Positions 27,944 through 37,763 of a stretch of 64,000 nucleotides of DNA are shown here, one piece after another. The notes under the pieces are model-generated. The model ran no database searches. It saw nothing but the letters and a program-made list of their open reading frames with translations, and was not told the origin of the DNA. Both the position numbers and the translations under genes were made by a program. Position 1 is the stretch's first letter. Each line of letters opens with the position of its first letter. The stretch is from contig JBGAGQ010000029.1 of the NCBI GenBank assembly GCA_044226625.1, forward strand, positions 1-64,000, in the 5' to 3' direction. This DNA is from Thermoanaerobaculia bacterium. GTDB taxonomy: Bacteria; Acidobacteriota; Thermoanaerobaculia; Multivoradales; UBA5704.

Positions 27944-29707
27944 GTGAGCGACTCGAACGGACCGCGGGGCCGCGCCATCGATTCGGAGCATGGAGGCTTG
28001 ACCCGGCGCGCCTTTGTCGGCGGCGTCGGGATGGCGGGGGTCGCAGCGGCGCTGAGCCCTAGCTCCGTGGCAGCGGCGGAGGAGAAAACCGCGTCCGCCG
28101 CGGCGGCGAGCCCTTCCTCGTTCGAGCTGTCCGAGGCGACGATCGCGGAGCTCCAGGAGGCGATGGCCTCCGGCCGCCGTACCTCGCGCGAGCTGGTCGA
28201 GCTGTATCGGGCGCGGATCGCCGAGATCGACCGCTCGGGGCCGGCCCTCCGGTCGGTCATCGAGGAGAACCCCGAGGCGCTCGAGATCGCCGACGCGCTC
28301 GACCGCGAGCGGAAGGCGAGCGGCCCCCGGGGACCGCTCCACGGTATCCCCATCCTGATCAAAGACAACATCGCCACGGCGGACCGGATGGAGACGACCG
28401 CCGGATCGCTCGCCCTGGTGGGCGCCCGACCCGGCGCCGACGCTCCTCTCGTCCTGCGCTTGCGCGGGGCGGGTGCGGTGATCCTCGGCAAGACGAACCT
28501 GTCCGAATGGGCGAACTTCCGTTCGAGCCGCTCGAGCTCCGGCTGGAGCGGCCGCGGCGGCCAGACCCGGAACCCGTACGTCCTCGACCGCTCCCCCTCC
28601 GGATCGAGCTCGGGCACCGGCGCGGCGATCGCCGCGAGCCTCGCCGCGGCAGGCATCGGCACCGAGACCGACGGCTCGATCGTCTCCCCCTCGTCGGCGA
28701 ACGGCCTGGTCGGCATCAAGCCCACCGTCGGCCGCGTGAGCCGCACCGGCGTGATTCCCATCTCGGCGAGCCAGGACACGCCGGGGCCGATGGCGCGCAC
28801 GGTGGCCGACGCGGCCTATCTGCTCGAAGCGATCTCGGGAGGGGACTCGAAAGATTCCGCGACGCTCGGCGAAGGGTGGCCGTCCCTCGGCGGCAACGTT
28901 CCTCCCGGGCTCGGCGTGATCGCTTCCCTCCTCGATCCCCGAGGGCTTTCGGGCGCGCGGATCGGCGTCGTCCGCAGCCAGGGGTTCGGCCGGCACCCGA
29001 CGGTCGACGTCGCGATGGAGGCGGCGCTCGACGCGATGCGCAAGGCGGGGGCCGAGGTGATCGATCCGGTCGATCTCGCCTGGTCGCAGGAGATCCGCGA
29101 CGCCGAAACCGTCGTGCTCCAATACGAATTCAAGGACGGGCTCGACCGCTACCTCGCGGCGCTTGGCCGTGATTCCTCGGACCCATCGCAGGTCAAGTCG
29201 CTGCGCGAGCTGGTCGACTGGAACCTCAAGAACCAGGACCGCGAGATGCCTTGGTTCGCGCAGGAGACGCTCGAGGCGTCGCTCGCGCGCGGACCGCTCA
29301 CCGACGAGGTCTACCTGAAGGCCCGGGCGAAATGCGTCGAAGGGGCGCGCACGCTCGGGCTCGAGGCGACCCTCGCGAAAAGCCGCCTCGACGCGATCGT
29401 CACCCCGACGAGTGGACCCGCCGGACCGATCGACTGGCTCCATGGCGACCGGCCGGTCGGCGGCACGGCGGCGATCGCCGCGATCTCCGGCTGCCCGAGC
29501 ATCACCGTGCCGGCCGGCTTCGCCCTCGGACTGCCGTTCGGCATCTCGTTCACCGGCGCCGCCTGGAGCGAGCCGAAGCTGATCCGCCTCGCCTACGCCT
29601 TCGAGCAGGCGACGAAGGTCCGGCGGGCGCCGCGGTTCTTGCCGACGCTGGACTATTCGACCGAGCGGACGCCCCTGCCGCCGCCGAGCCCGAAGAAGCC
29701 GGCTTGA
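27944..29707 (+). CDS. Amidase (amidase signature family), Tat-exported
   Basis: TRRAFV Tat motif; LIKDNI, GKTNLSEW, GSSSG, GTETDGSI. Confidence 0.93.
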   Translation: MSDSNGPRGRAIDSEHGGLTRRAFVGGVGMAGVAAALSPSSVAAAEEKTASAAAASPSSFELSEATIAELQEAMASGRRTSRELVELYRARIAEIDRSGPALRSVIEENPEALEIADALDRERKASGPRGPLHGIPILIKDNIATADRMETTAGSLALVGARPGADAPLVLRLRGAGAVILGKTNLSEWANFRSSRSSSGWSGRGGQTRNPYVLDRSPSGSSSGTGAAIAASLAAAGIGTETDGSIVSPSSANGLVGIKPTVGRVSRTGVIPISASQDTPGPMARTVADAAYLLEAISGGDSKDSATLGEGWPSLGGNVPPGLGVIASLLDPRGLSGARIGVVRSQGFGRHPTVDVAMEAALDAMRKAGAEVIDPVDLAWSQEIRDAETVVLQYEFKDGLDRYLAALGRDSSDPSQVKSLRELVDWNLKNQDREMPWFAQETLEASLARGPLTDEVYLKARAKCVEGARTLGLEATLAKSRLDAIVTPTSGPAGPIDWLHGDRPVGGTAAIAAISGCPSITVPAGFALGLPFGISFTGAAWSEPKLIRLAYAFEQATKVRRAPRFLPTLDYSTERTPLPPPSPKKPA

Positions 29708-29731
29708 CGGCGCCCGGCCCGCCGAGCCGTT

Positions 29732-32428
29732 CTACTCGGACCGCAGCGCCTGGGTCGGCGCGATGAGCGAGGCCCGGCGCGCGGGGACGTACGCGGCGAG
29801 GAGGGTCGAGAGGAGCATGGCCGGGACGACGATCGCGTAGGCCGCGAAGTCGAATCGGCCGGCGTCGAAGATCATCGCGTTCATCAACCGTTCGACCCCC
29901 GCGCCCATGACGACGCCGATCGTGGTCCCGATCGCGACCAGCCGGAGCCCGTGGCTCATCACCAGGCGGAGCACGTCGAGCGTACGGGCGCCGATCGCCA
30001 TGCGGATGCCGATCTCGCGCACCCTTCGGCTCACGTTGTAGGCGACCAAGCCGTAGAGCCCCGCGATCGAAAGGAGAAGCCCCACGGTTCCGAGCGAGCC
30101 GACCAGCGAGACGGCGACCCGCGGGCCCTCGACCGTGTGGTAACGGTAGACGTCCTCGTAGGAGCGCGCTTCGATCACCGGCAGGTTCGCGTCGAGACCC
30201 CGGACCACCTCTTTGACCGCGGGAATCCATTGAAGCGGATCGCCGCTCGTCCGCACCATCATCACCAGTTGGCCGGCGCTCTTCTGAGCCACGGGCAGAT
30301 AGATGAAGTCGAAAGGTTTTTCTGACGTGTCCTTGTAGGAAAAGCTCTTCGCGACGCCGACGATCTCGACCGGCTCTCCCGCGCGCCCGCCGAGGCGGAT
30401 CCGACGGCCGACCGGGTCGGCGTGCGGCCAGTAACGCTCGGCGAACTGCTCGTTCACCACGGCCACCTTGGGCGTATCGGCCCGGTCGGAGGCGAGCACG
30501 CCTCGGCCGCGGAGGATGGGGATGCCGAGGGTCGCGAAGAAGCCTTCGTCGACGGTGTCCATCGCCACGGTGAAGCTCTCGCGGTCGCGCGGCATCTGGT
30601 ACCCCTCGGGGACGAACGAGAGGCTGAGGAAATCGTCCAGGCCGAGCGGTGGGTTGTGGGTGAGCGCGACGCTCCCGACTCCGGCCACGCCGCGCGTCCG
30701 CTGGACCAGCTCGCGGTAGAAGCGGGCGCTTTGCGCCTCGTCGTATTGGACCAGACGCGGATCGAACTTCATCATCAGAAGATGATCGTGAGCGAGGCTG
30801 AGGCTGCCGGAGACGGTACGCGCGAAGCTCCGCGCCATCAGGAATGAAGCGGACAGGAGCATCAGCGAGAGCGCGACCTGGGCGATGACGAGCGCGCTCC
30901 GTCCCCACAACCGCTTCTTGCCCGGGGGATCGAATTCCCCCGCCTTGAGACCCGCGACGAGATCGGTACGCGTGCTCTGCAGGGCGGGCGCAAGACCGCA
31001 GGCGACGGCGGCGACCACCGAGAAGACGAACGTCGCGAGCAGGACGCGATGATCCATTCGGAACGGCACGGTCACCGGCAGGTCGCTCGGGATCGAAAAC
31101 CGTTGGAGGAGACCGATCCCGGCCGAGCCGACGGCGATGCCTCCCACGCCGCCGAGCAGTGCGAGGATCAGGCTCTCGGTGAGCAGCAGCCGCACGAGAC
31201 GAAACCGGCCGGCGCCGATCGCGAGCCGAACGGTGAGCTCGCGCATCCGGGCGCGTGCCCGGCTCAGGAGCAAGCCGGCGACGTTGGTGCAGGCGACCAT
31301 CAAGACGCCAAGCGCGAGCACCGTAAAGATGACGCTGAACTTCCAGTTGACATCGTCCCCCTTCGTCCGCATCTGGAACTGGGTGCGAACCGCCGCCCCG
31401 CGGTTTCGATTGAGGTTCGGATGGTCGTGGGCGAACGCGGCGGCGAGGGTGCGGATCTCGCTCCGTGCCTGAGCGAGCGTGGTCCCCTTCTTCAGTCGGG
31501 CTTTGACCGAAAGCACGCGGGCGTCCCGCGCTTCGAAGAAGTCCGACGACGGATCGTGCGAGACCTGGCGCGCGGCCGACAGCGGAACGTAGAAGTCCGG
31601 GTGCATGAAAATGTAGAGGCCGGAGAACGATTCGGGCGCGACGCCGACGACGGTGAAGTCGCTGCCGTTCAGCTTGACCGTCCGCCCGATCACCGCGGGG
31701 TCGCTCGCGAACTTGCTCTTCCAGAAGGTGTGGGCGAGCACGACGTAAGGACTCTTGCCCGGCACCTGGTCCTCGTCGTCCCGAAACACCCGCCCGAGCG
31801 CGGGCGGCACGCCGAGGACGCGAAAGAAGTTGCCCGAGACCAGCATGCCGCCGCGGACCTCGGGCGTCGCTCCCGGCCCGGCGCTGAAGCCGACCGGCAC
31901 CGGCGGCTCGTGGGCGATCATCCCGTCGTAACTCTTCGCCTGGCGGCGGAGGTCGAGATACTCGCGAAAGGAGAAGAGGTCGAACGACTTGTCCTGCGTC
32001 GTGCTCACCAGGGTCACGACGTCGCTCGGATGCGGCACCGGATAGGGCCGGAAGATCAGCGCGTCGAGCATGCTGAACGGTGTGGCGGTCATGCCGATGC
32101 CGACCGACAGGGTCGCCACCACGAGCGCCGCCACGCCCGGCGTGCGGCGCAGGCCGCGTAGGGCGTACTGCACGTCGTCGACGAAATCCGTGAAGACGTG
32201 AACCCGCCGCGCCTCGCGAGCCTCGAACTTCCGCTGTTCGAGGCCGCCCATCGCGCGGAGCGCGCGGTTGCGCGCCTCACGCGGCGAGAGCCCTTGGGCG
32301 ATCCCCTCCTCGGTCTTCCGCTCGACGTGGAATTCGAGCTCCTCGGCGAGCTCGCGCTCGACCCGGCCGCGCAGGAAGATCGATCGCAGCCGCAGCGGCA
32401 GGGTAAACCACCAACGTTCGATGCCCAT
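29732..32428 (-). CDS. ADOP-family duplicated ABC permease
   Basis: ELAEELEFH N-terminus, ACTNVAGLLL, RVREIGIRMAIGA, ALRSE. Confidence 0.9.
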   Translation of the reverse strand: MGIERWWFTLPLRLRSIFLRGRVERELAEELEFHVERKTEEGIAQGLSPREARNRALRAMGGLEQRKFEAREARRVHVFTDFVDDVQYALRGLRRTPGVAALVVATLSVGIGMTATPFSMLDALIFRPYPVPHPSDVVTLVSTTQDKSFDLFSFREYLDLRRQAKSYDGMIAHEPPVPVGFSAGPGATPEVRGGMLVSGNFFRVLGVPPALGRVFRDDEDQVPGKSPYVVLAHTFWKSKFASDPAVIGRTVKLNGSDFTVVGVAPESFSGLYIFMHPDFYVPLSAARQVSHDPSSDFFEARDARVLSVKARLKKGTTLAQARSEIRTLAAAFAHDHPNLNRNRGAAVRTQFQMRTKGDDVNWKFSVIFTVLALGVLMVACTNVAGLLLSRARARMRELTVRLAIGAGRFRLVRLLLTESLILALLGGVGGIAVGSAGIGLLQRFSIPSDLPVTVPFRMDHRVLLATFVFSVVAAVACGLAPALQSTRTDLVAGLKAGEFDPPGKKRLWGRSALVIAQVALSLMLLSASFLMARSFARTVSGSLSLAHDHLLMMKFDPRLVQYDEAQSARFYRELVQRTRGVAGVGSVALTHNPPLGLDDFLSLSFVPEGYQMPRDRESFTVAMDTVDEGFFATLGIPILRGRGVLASDRADTPKVAVVNEQFAERYWPHADPVGRRIRLGGRAGEPVEIVGVAKSFSYKDTSEKPFDFIYLPVAQKSAGQLVMMVRTSGDPLQWIPAVKEVVRGLDANLPVIEARSYEDVYRYHTVEGPRVAVSLVGSLGTVGLLLSIAGLYGLVAYNVSRRVREIGIRMAIGARTLDVLRLVMSHGLRLVAIGTTIGVVMGAGVERLMNAMIFDAGRFDFAAYAIVVPAMLLSTLLAAYVPARRASLIAPTQALRSE

Positions 32429-32432
32429 CGGA

Positions 32433-32768
32433 CTAGGCCTCCTCGAGCTGTACGACGTGGGAGATCGCGGCCGACAGCCGCTGCCAATTCGCGGTTTCCG
32501 CTTCCAGCTGGCGGCGCCCGAGGCGGGTCAAAGAGTAGAACTTCGCGCGCCGGTTGTTCTCCGTCTGTTTCCACTCCGCGGAGATCCACCCTTCCTGTTC
32601 CAGCTTGTGGAGCGCCGGATAGAGCGAGCCTTCGCTCACCTGGAGGACGTCGTCGGAGATCGCCCGCAGCCGCAGGCTGATCGCCCAGCCGTGCAGCGGC
32701 TCGAGCGCGAGGATCTTGAGCAGGAGCAGGTCGAGGGTTCCCTGAACGAGATCGTTCGGTTTGCTCAT
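32433..32768 (-). CDS. PadR-family regulator, acidobacterial type
   Basis: DLVQGTLDLLLL...HGWAI...GSLYPALHKLE...RRAKFYSLT. Confidence 0.92.
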   Translation of the reverse strand: MSKPNDLVQGTLDLLLLKILALEPLHGWAISLRLRAISDDVLQVSEGSLYPALHKLEQEGWISAEWKQTENNRRAKFYSLTRLGRRQLEAETANWQRLSAAISHVVQLEEA

Positions 32769-32799
32769 CCCGGGGGTCTCCGTTCGGTCGTCATGTCGG

Positions 32800-32860
32800 C
32801 TTCCTCATCTCGGTTTCCGAGAGGAGAATACAGCGACTCCTCTCGGTAAGCAAGGGGAAG
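32800..32860. promoter_or_regulatory. Twin palindromic operator upstream of padR
   Basis: TCTCGGTTTCCGAGA (32808-32822) and imperfect CTCCTCTCGGTAAGCAAGGGGAAG (32837-32860). Confidence 0.55.
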
Positions 32861-32897
32861 TGGCCGGAAAGCACCCGGCGGCCCGCGAACGGCCGTC

Positions 32898-33884
32898 CTA
32901 CGGGATCGAGACGAGCACCTTCCCGATCGCCGTCCCGCGCTCGACGAGCTCGTGGGCCTCGGCGATCCGGTCGAGCGGCAGACGCTCGGCGACGTGGTGC
33001 TCCAGACGGCCCGCCGCGAGAAGTCCGGTGAGCTCCTCGATCTCGCGCGCGGTCTTGTGAGGAAAGGTTGTAGACGATGAAGAACGAGAAACGGACGTTC
33101 TTGAGGATCGCCGGCCCGAAAGGAACCGCAATCTCAGGGAGCGCCGCTGCCGTAGACGACGATCCGTCCCTCGGGCCGGAGCGCGGCGAGATCGCTCTTG
33201 ACGTTCGCCGCGGCATCCACCTCGACGATCCGGTCGACCCCCACGCCGCCGGTCGCCTCCAGGCATCGCGCGACCCAATCCTCGTTCTTGTAGTTGACCG
33301 TGAAGTCGGCACCGGCCGCACGGGCGACCGCCGCCTTTTCCTCGCCGCTCACCGTGGCGACCACCTGGCGCGCGCCGTAGATCTTCGCCAGCTGGATCGC
33401 GTAGTGCCCCACGGCCCCGGCTCCGCCGGCGACCAGGACCGACTGTCCGGCGACCCCGCCGTCGACGAGCACCGCGTGGAGCGCCGTGAGCGCGGGAATC
33501 CCGAGGCAGGCGCCGACTTCGAGCTCGATTCCGTCCGGCAGTCGAACCGCCTGCGCGGCCGGGAGGACCACGAGTTCCGCCGCCGTCCCGAACGGACGTT
33601 GCCATGCGGCGTTCCAGGTCCAGACTCGCTCGCCGATCCGCGCGGGATCCACGCCCTCCCCCACCTGGTCGATCACGCCCGACCCGTCGCTGTGCGGCAC
33701 GACGAGCGGAAACGGCAGGGTTCTTCGAGCGGATCGCCGCTCGCGATTTGACGTCCGACGGATTGACCGCCGACCAGGCGACTCTTACGCGCACTTCGCC
33801 GGGCCCTGCCGTGGGCGTTGGGAGATCGCCGATCGAAAGGACTTCCCGGGCCGGGCCCGGGCGCTCGTAGAACGCTGCGCGCAT
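32898..33884 (-). pseudogene. Frameshifted copy of the NADPH:quinone reductase
   Basis: Near-identical to 36419-37405, with indels near 33721, 33137 and 33041. Confidence 0.8.
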
Positions 33885-34225
33885 CGGAGACCCCTGAAAC
33901 TCTGAGATTCCTCTCCGTCGTCCGCGAGGAGAGGAGAGCGCAGGCTATCGAACGCGCTTCTCGTCGTCCAGGAACGCGCGGAGCTCGCCCTCCGACCGGA
34001 TCGCCACGAACGGCTCGTCCGCAACGCGGCGCGCAACTTGAGGTTCGGATTGGAAGGGCTGTCCGAGTCGGTAGCAGGCCATATCGTCGATCGCCATCGG
34101 GAGGCGTCACTCAACAACCGAAACCTCTATCTGTTCGTCATCGCCATTCGGATCGTCTCGCCGACCCCTCGCCGTTCCAACGTGCCGAGGTAAAGACCGG
34201 CACCTTCGGCGGATGAGGAGGAGCC

Positions 34226-35787
34226 ATGGAATCGCGCCGGGGACTGTAGCCGGCAACCCTCTCCGGTGCTGTCGGCCTCCTCGTCCGCCTTGCGGTAGCG
34301 GGGCGCGTTCGCCGCTCCTCGCCGAGTCCGGAGTCTCGCCGATCTCGATCGAGGCGCCAGCCTGGGCCATCGGTTCGAGCGCAGGCCGGCGACCGGTTCG
34401 TCGAAGACCTCGACCTTCCCCGGGCCATCCCCTTCGGCCCGCGTCCGCTCGGTTCGAGCAGGCGTTCGGCGCCGATTTCTCCGACGTCCGGGTCCATCGC
34501 GAAAGCACCTTGCCGCCGAGCCCTTTTGCGCTTTCGCGCGCGGTTCTCACCTCCATTTCGCTCCGACGAGGTTTCAGCCGGAACGGCGGCGGGCGACGCC
34601 TTGATCGGTCACGAGCTCGCCCATGTCGCCCAGCAGCGTGAGAGGCGGGTGATGTCCGATGAGACGGCCGATCCCGACTCTGGCGGCGGCGCGCCGTCTA
34701 ATACGGATTCCGGGCTCGAGCGCGAGGCCAGCCGATTGGGCGAACGCGCGCGCGCGCGGCAGGCGGTGCCCGGTTCCCAGGCGGCCAAACCTCCCTCCTC
34801 CGCGCAGAGCGCGGAGGCTCCGGTTCAAGCGGGGCTGTTTGACCTGCTGGGTCCCCGCGAATCCGCGCCTGTACGCCCCCACCTGGCTGGGCGGACACAG
34901 CGAGGAGCATCTCAGAAGAGGAAGTGGCAGGGCCGTTCCGGGCCGCTCCGATCTGCCGGACCGGCGCGCTGCTATCTGCCGACCCGACTCGGAGGCCACA
35001 GCGAGCAGCACCTCGCGGAGCGCCGACGACATCGACCGTTCGACCTGCTCCGGCCCGAACCCGCGCCTCTAGGGATGGACACAGTCGCCAGCATCTCCGA
35101 GAAGCGCTCCGGACCGCTGGACCTGCTCGGCCCTCTGAATCCGCGCCAATGCGCGACCCGGCTTGGGGGGCCAGCCCGCCGCCAGCGCAACGGCACCGAT
35201 GACGGGCTGACCCTGATCTCTCGCGGGGAAATTGCGCAGGCTCGGCAAGTCGTTGAACCGTCCGACTCTCGAACCTCGGCAAGAGGATGGACTACGGTCA
35301 CCTCGTGGAACGGCTCCTCGAGAGCCTTCCTTCGACGGTACCTGATCTCGGCGAACCTGGAGAACGAGGGCTGGAAAACCGCCCTCGAACGCCCGAGAGC
35401 AGTTCTTTCTCTCAATACCGCCATCCGCAGACGAAACAGACGGAGTTCACGATAGACGATCCCCGGTTGGAAGACTTGAACCCCTCGCGCGGTCCCGCTG
35501 TTGCGTTCCTGCCGATGCGCCAATGGCAAGCGACACGGATGGCCCGGATCAGGTGCAGGGGGCGGCTGCGACCAAGCCCACGAGAGCGTCACCATGACGA
35601 CCCAGCTGAGCGGCTGCTCGATAGATGAGCACCTGCGCCCCCACCGGGGCCACCTGAACGACACGCTCGACCCCAACGCACGGGACCGAGGGGACTATGA
35701 CCAGCCGACCTTCGTGATGATGAAGAGGAAGCGGAACGGGCGGACGCGCCCCACCCCGGGGAAGAATCCGACCTTCGCAGGGCGTAG
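34226..35787 (+). pseudogene. Heavily frameshifted copy of the DUF4157 protein gene
   Basis: Fragments FEQAFGADFSDVRVH, GHELAHVAQQ and TTQLSGCS fall in different frames. Confidence 0.75.
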
Positions 35788-36418
35788 AGCGGACCTCTCA
35801 ACGTCTTCCGCTCCCCGCGAGAAACGTCCGACGGAACGGATCGTCATGTGCGGCTTGTTCCGCTTCGTTCGCGATCAGGCGTTCGAGCGAAAGCACCGGG
35901 CGCTCCCTTGGACTTCGAGAACGAGGTGCTTGCCGATCAGCCGAACCTCGCGGCTCGCCGCGTGGAACATGCGGTAGCAGTATCGTCGATCGCGCCGGGG
36001 CGCTTCATCGCTGGCCACCGAGGACACGACTGGCTCTGAACCTCAGGTTGCGCGCCGCGTTGACTCTGCCCACCGCCACCCCGAGCTCCGCGCCAGGACG
36101 CGGTGCCTTGCGAGGATGGACCGCTAGAGGCGCGGGCCGGCCGTCTACCTCTCATCGTTGATCCGCCTGCTTTCCATCCAATCCTAAGCGCTGCGCCTTC
36201 TCAACGCCTCGGACGACGAGACGAACCTTTCGCTTCGCGCCGCGTAAGGAGTGCTCTGATTTCCCGTGTAGAGAACCTCGCGGCGACCGAACATGGCCCT
36301 CGGACCGCGAGCCGGCGTTGTTCGCGTTCGTGCCGTTTAGGTGCTCGCCGACCTCGCGGCGGAACATCTCGCGCCGGCTCGCCTCCGGAAAGCACCCGGC
36401 GGCCCGCGAACGGCCGTC

Positions 36419-37405
36419 CTACGGGATCGAGACGAGCACCTTCCCGATCGCCGTCCCGCGCTCGACGAGCTCGTGGGCCTCGGCGATCCGGTCGAGCGGC
36501 AGACGCTCGGCGACGTGGTGCTCCAGACGGCCCGCCGCGAGAAGTCCGGTGAGCTCCTCGATCTCTCGCGCGCGGTCTTGTGAGGAAAGGTTGTAGACGA
36601 TGAAGAACGAGAAACGGACGTTCTTGAGGATCGCCGGCCCGAAAGGAACCGCAATCTCGGGAGCGCCGCTGCCGTAGACGACGATCCGTCCCTCGGGCCG
36701 GAGCGCGGCGAGATCGCTCTTGACGTTCGCCGCGGCATCCACCTCGACGATCCGGTCGACCCCCACGCCGCCGGTCGCCTCCAGGCATCGCGCGACCCAA
36801 TCCTCGTTCTTGTAGTTGACCGTGAAGTCGGCACCGGCCGCACGGGCGACCGCCGCCTTTTCCTCGCCGCTCACCGTGGCGACCACCTGGCGCGCGCCGT
36901 AGATCTTCGCCAGCTGGATCGCGTAGTGCCCCACGGCCCCGGCTCCGCCGGCGACCAGGACCGACTGTCCGGCGACTCCGCCGTCGACGAGCACCGCGTG
37001 GAGCGCCGTGAGCGCGGGAATCCCGAGGCAGGCGCCGACTTCGAGCTCGATTCCGTCCGGCAGCCGTACCGCCTGCGCGGCCGGGAGGACCACGAGCTCC
37101 GCCGCCGTCCCGAACGGACGTTGCCATGCGGCGTTCCAGGTCCAGACTCGCTCCCCGATCCGCGCGGGATCCACGCCCTCCCCCACCTGGTCGATCACCC
37201 CCGACCCGTCGCTGTGCGGCACGACGAGCGGAAACGGCAGGGTCTTCGAGCGGATCGCCGCTCGCGATTTGACGTCCGACGGATTGACTGCCGACCAGGC
37301 GACTCTTACGCGCACTTCGCCGGGCCCTGCCGTGGGCGTTGGGAGATCGCCGATCGAAAGGACTTCCCGGGCCGGGCCCGGGCGCTCGTAGAACGCTGCG
37401 CGCAT
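36419..37405 (-). CDS. NADPH:quinone reductase (zeta-crystallin/MDR family)
   Basis: ATG 37405; VNPSDVK, PHSDGSG, GGAGAVG, IGKVLV. Confidence 0.92.
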   Translation of the reverse strand: MRAAFYERPGPAREVLSIGDLPTPTAGPGEVRVRVAWSAVNPSDVKSRAAIRSKTLPFPLVVPHSDGSGVIDQVGEGVDPARIGERVWTWNAAWQRPFGTAAELVVLPAAQAVRLPDGIELEVGACLGIPALTALHAVLVDGGVAGQSVLVAGGAGAVGHYAIQLAKIYGARQVVATVSGEEKAAVARAAGADFTVNYKNEDWVARCLEATGGVGVDRIVEVDAAANVKSDLAALRPEGRIVVYGSGAPEIAVPFGPAILKNVRFSFFIVYNLSSQDRAREIEELTGLLAAGRLEHHVAERLPLDRIAEAHELVERGTAIGKVLVSIP

Positions 37406-37763
37406 CGGAGACCCCCTGAAACTCTGAGATTCCTCTCCGTCGTCCGCGAGGAGAGGAGAGCGCAGGCTATCGAACGCGCTTCTCGTCGTCCAGGAACGCG
37501 CGGAGCTCGCCCTCCGACCGGATCGCCACGAACGGCTCGTCGGCAACGCGGCGCGCAACTTGAGGTTCGGATTGGAAGGGCTGTCCGAGTCGGTAGCAGG
37601 CCGTATCGTCGATCGCCATCGGGAGGCGTCGCTTCAACAACCGAAACCTCTATCTGTTCGTCATCGCCATTCGGATCGTCTCGCCGGACCCTCGCCGTTC
37701 CAACGTACAATTCTGCCGAGGTAAAGAACCTAGCACCTTCGGCCGGATGACCGGGGAGGAGCC

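Larger units (their letters stand above)
32864..36384. repeat. Degenerate tandem copy of 36385-~40490 (probable assembly or strain-mixing artefact)
   Basis: Both copies start CCGGAAAGCACCCGGCGG; this copy shows progressively more short deletions toward its right end. Confidence 0.85.

Noticed and set aside
27769-28800. N-terminal extension making the tricorn ORF 1464 aa
   Set aside because: It is the antisense shadow of the amidase gene; the real start at 27768 has an RBS and a signal peptide.
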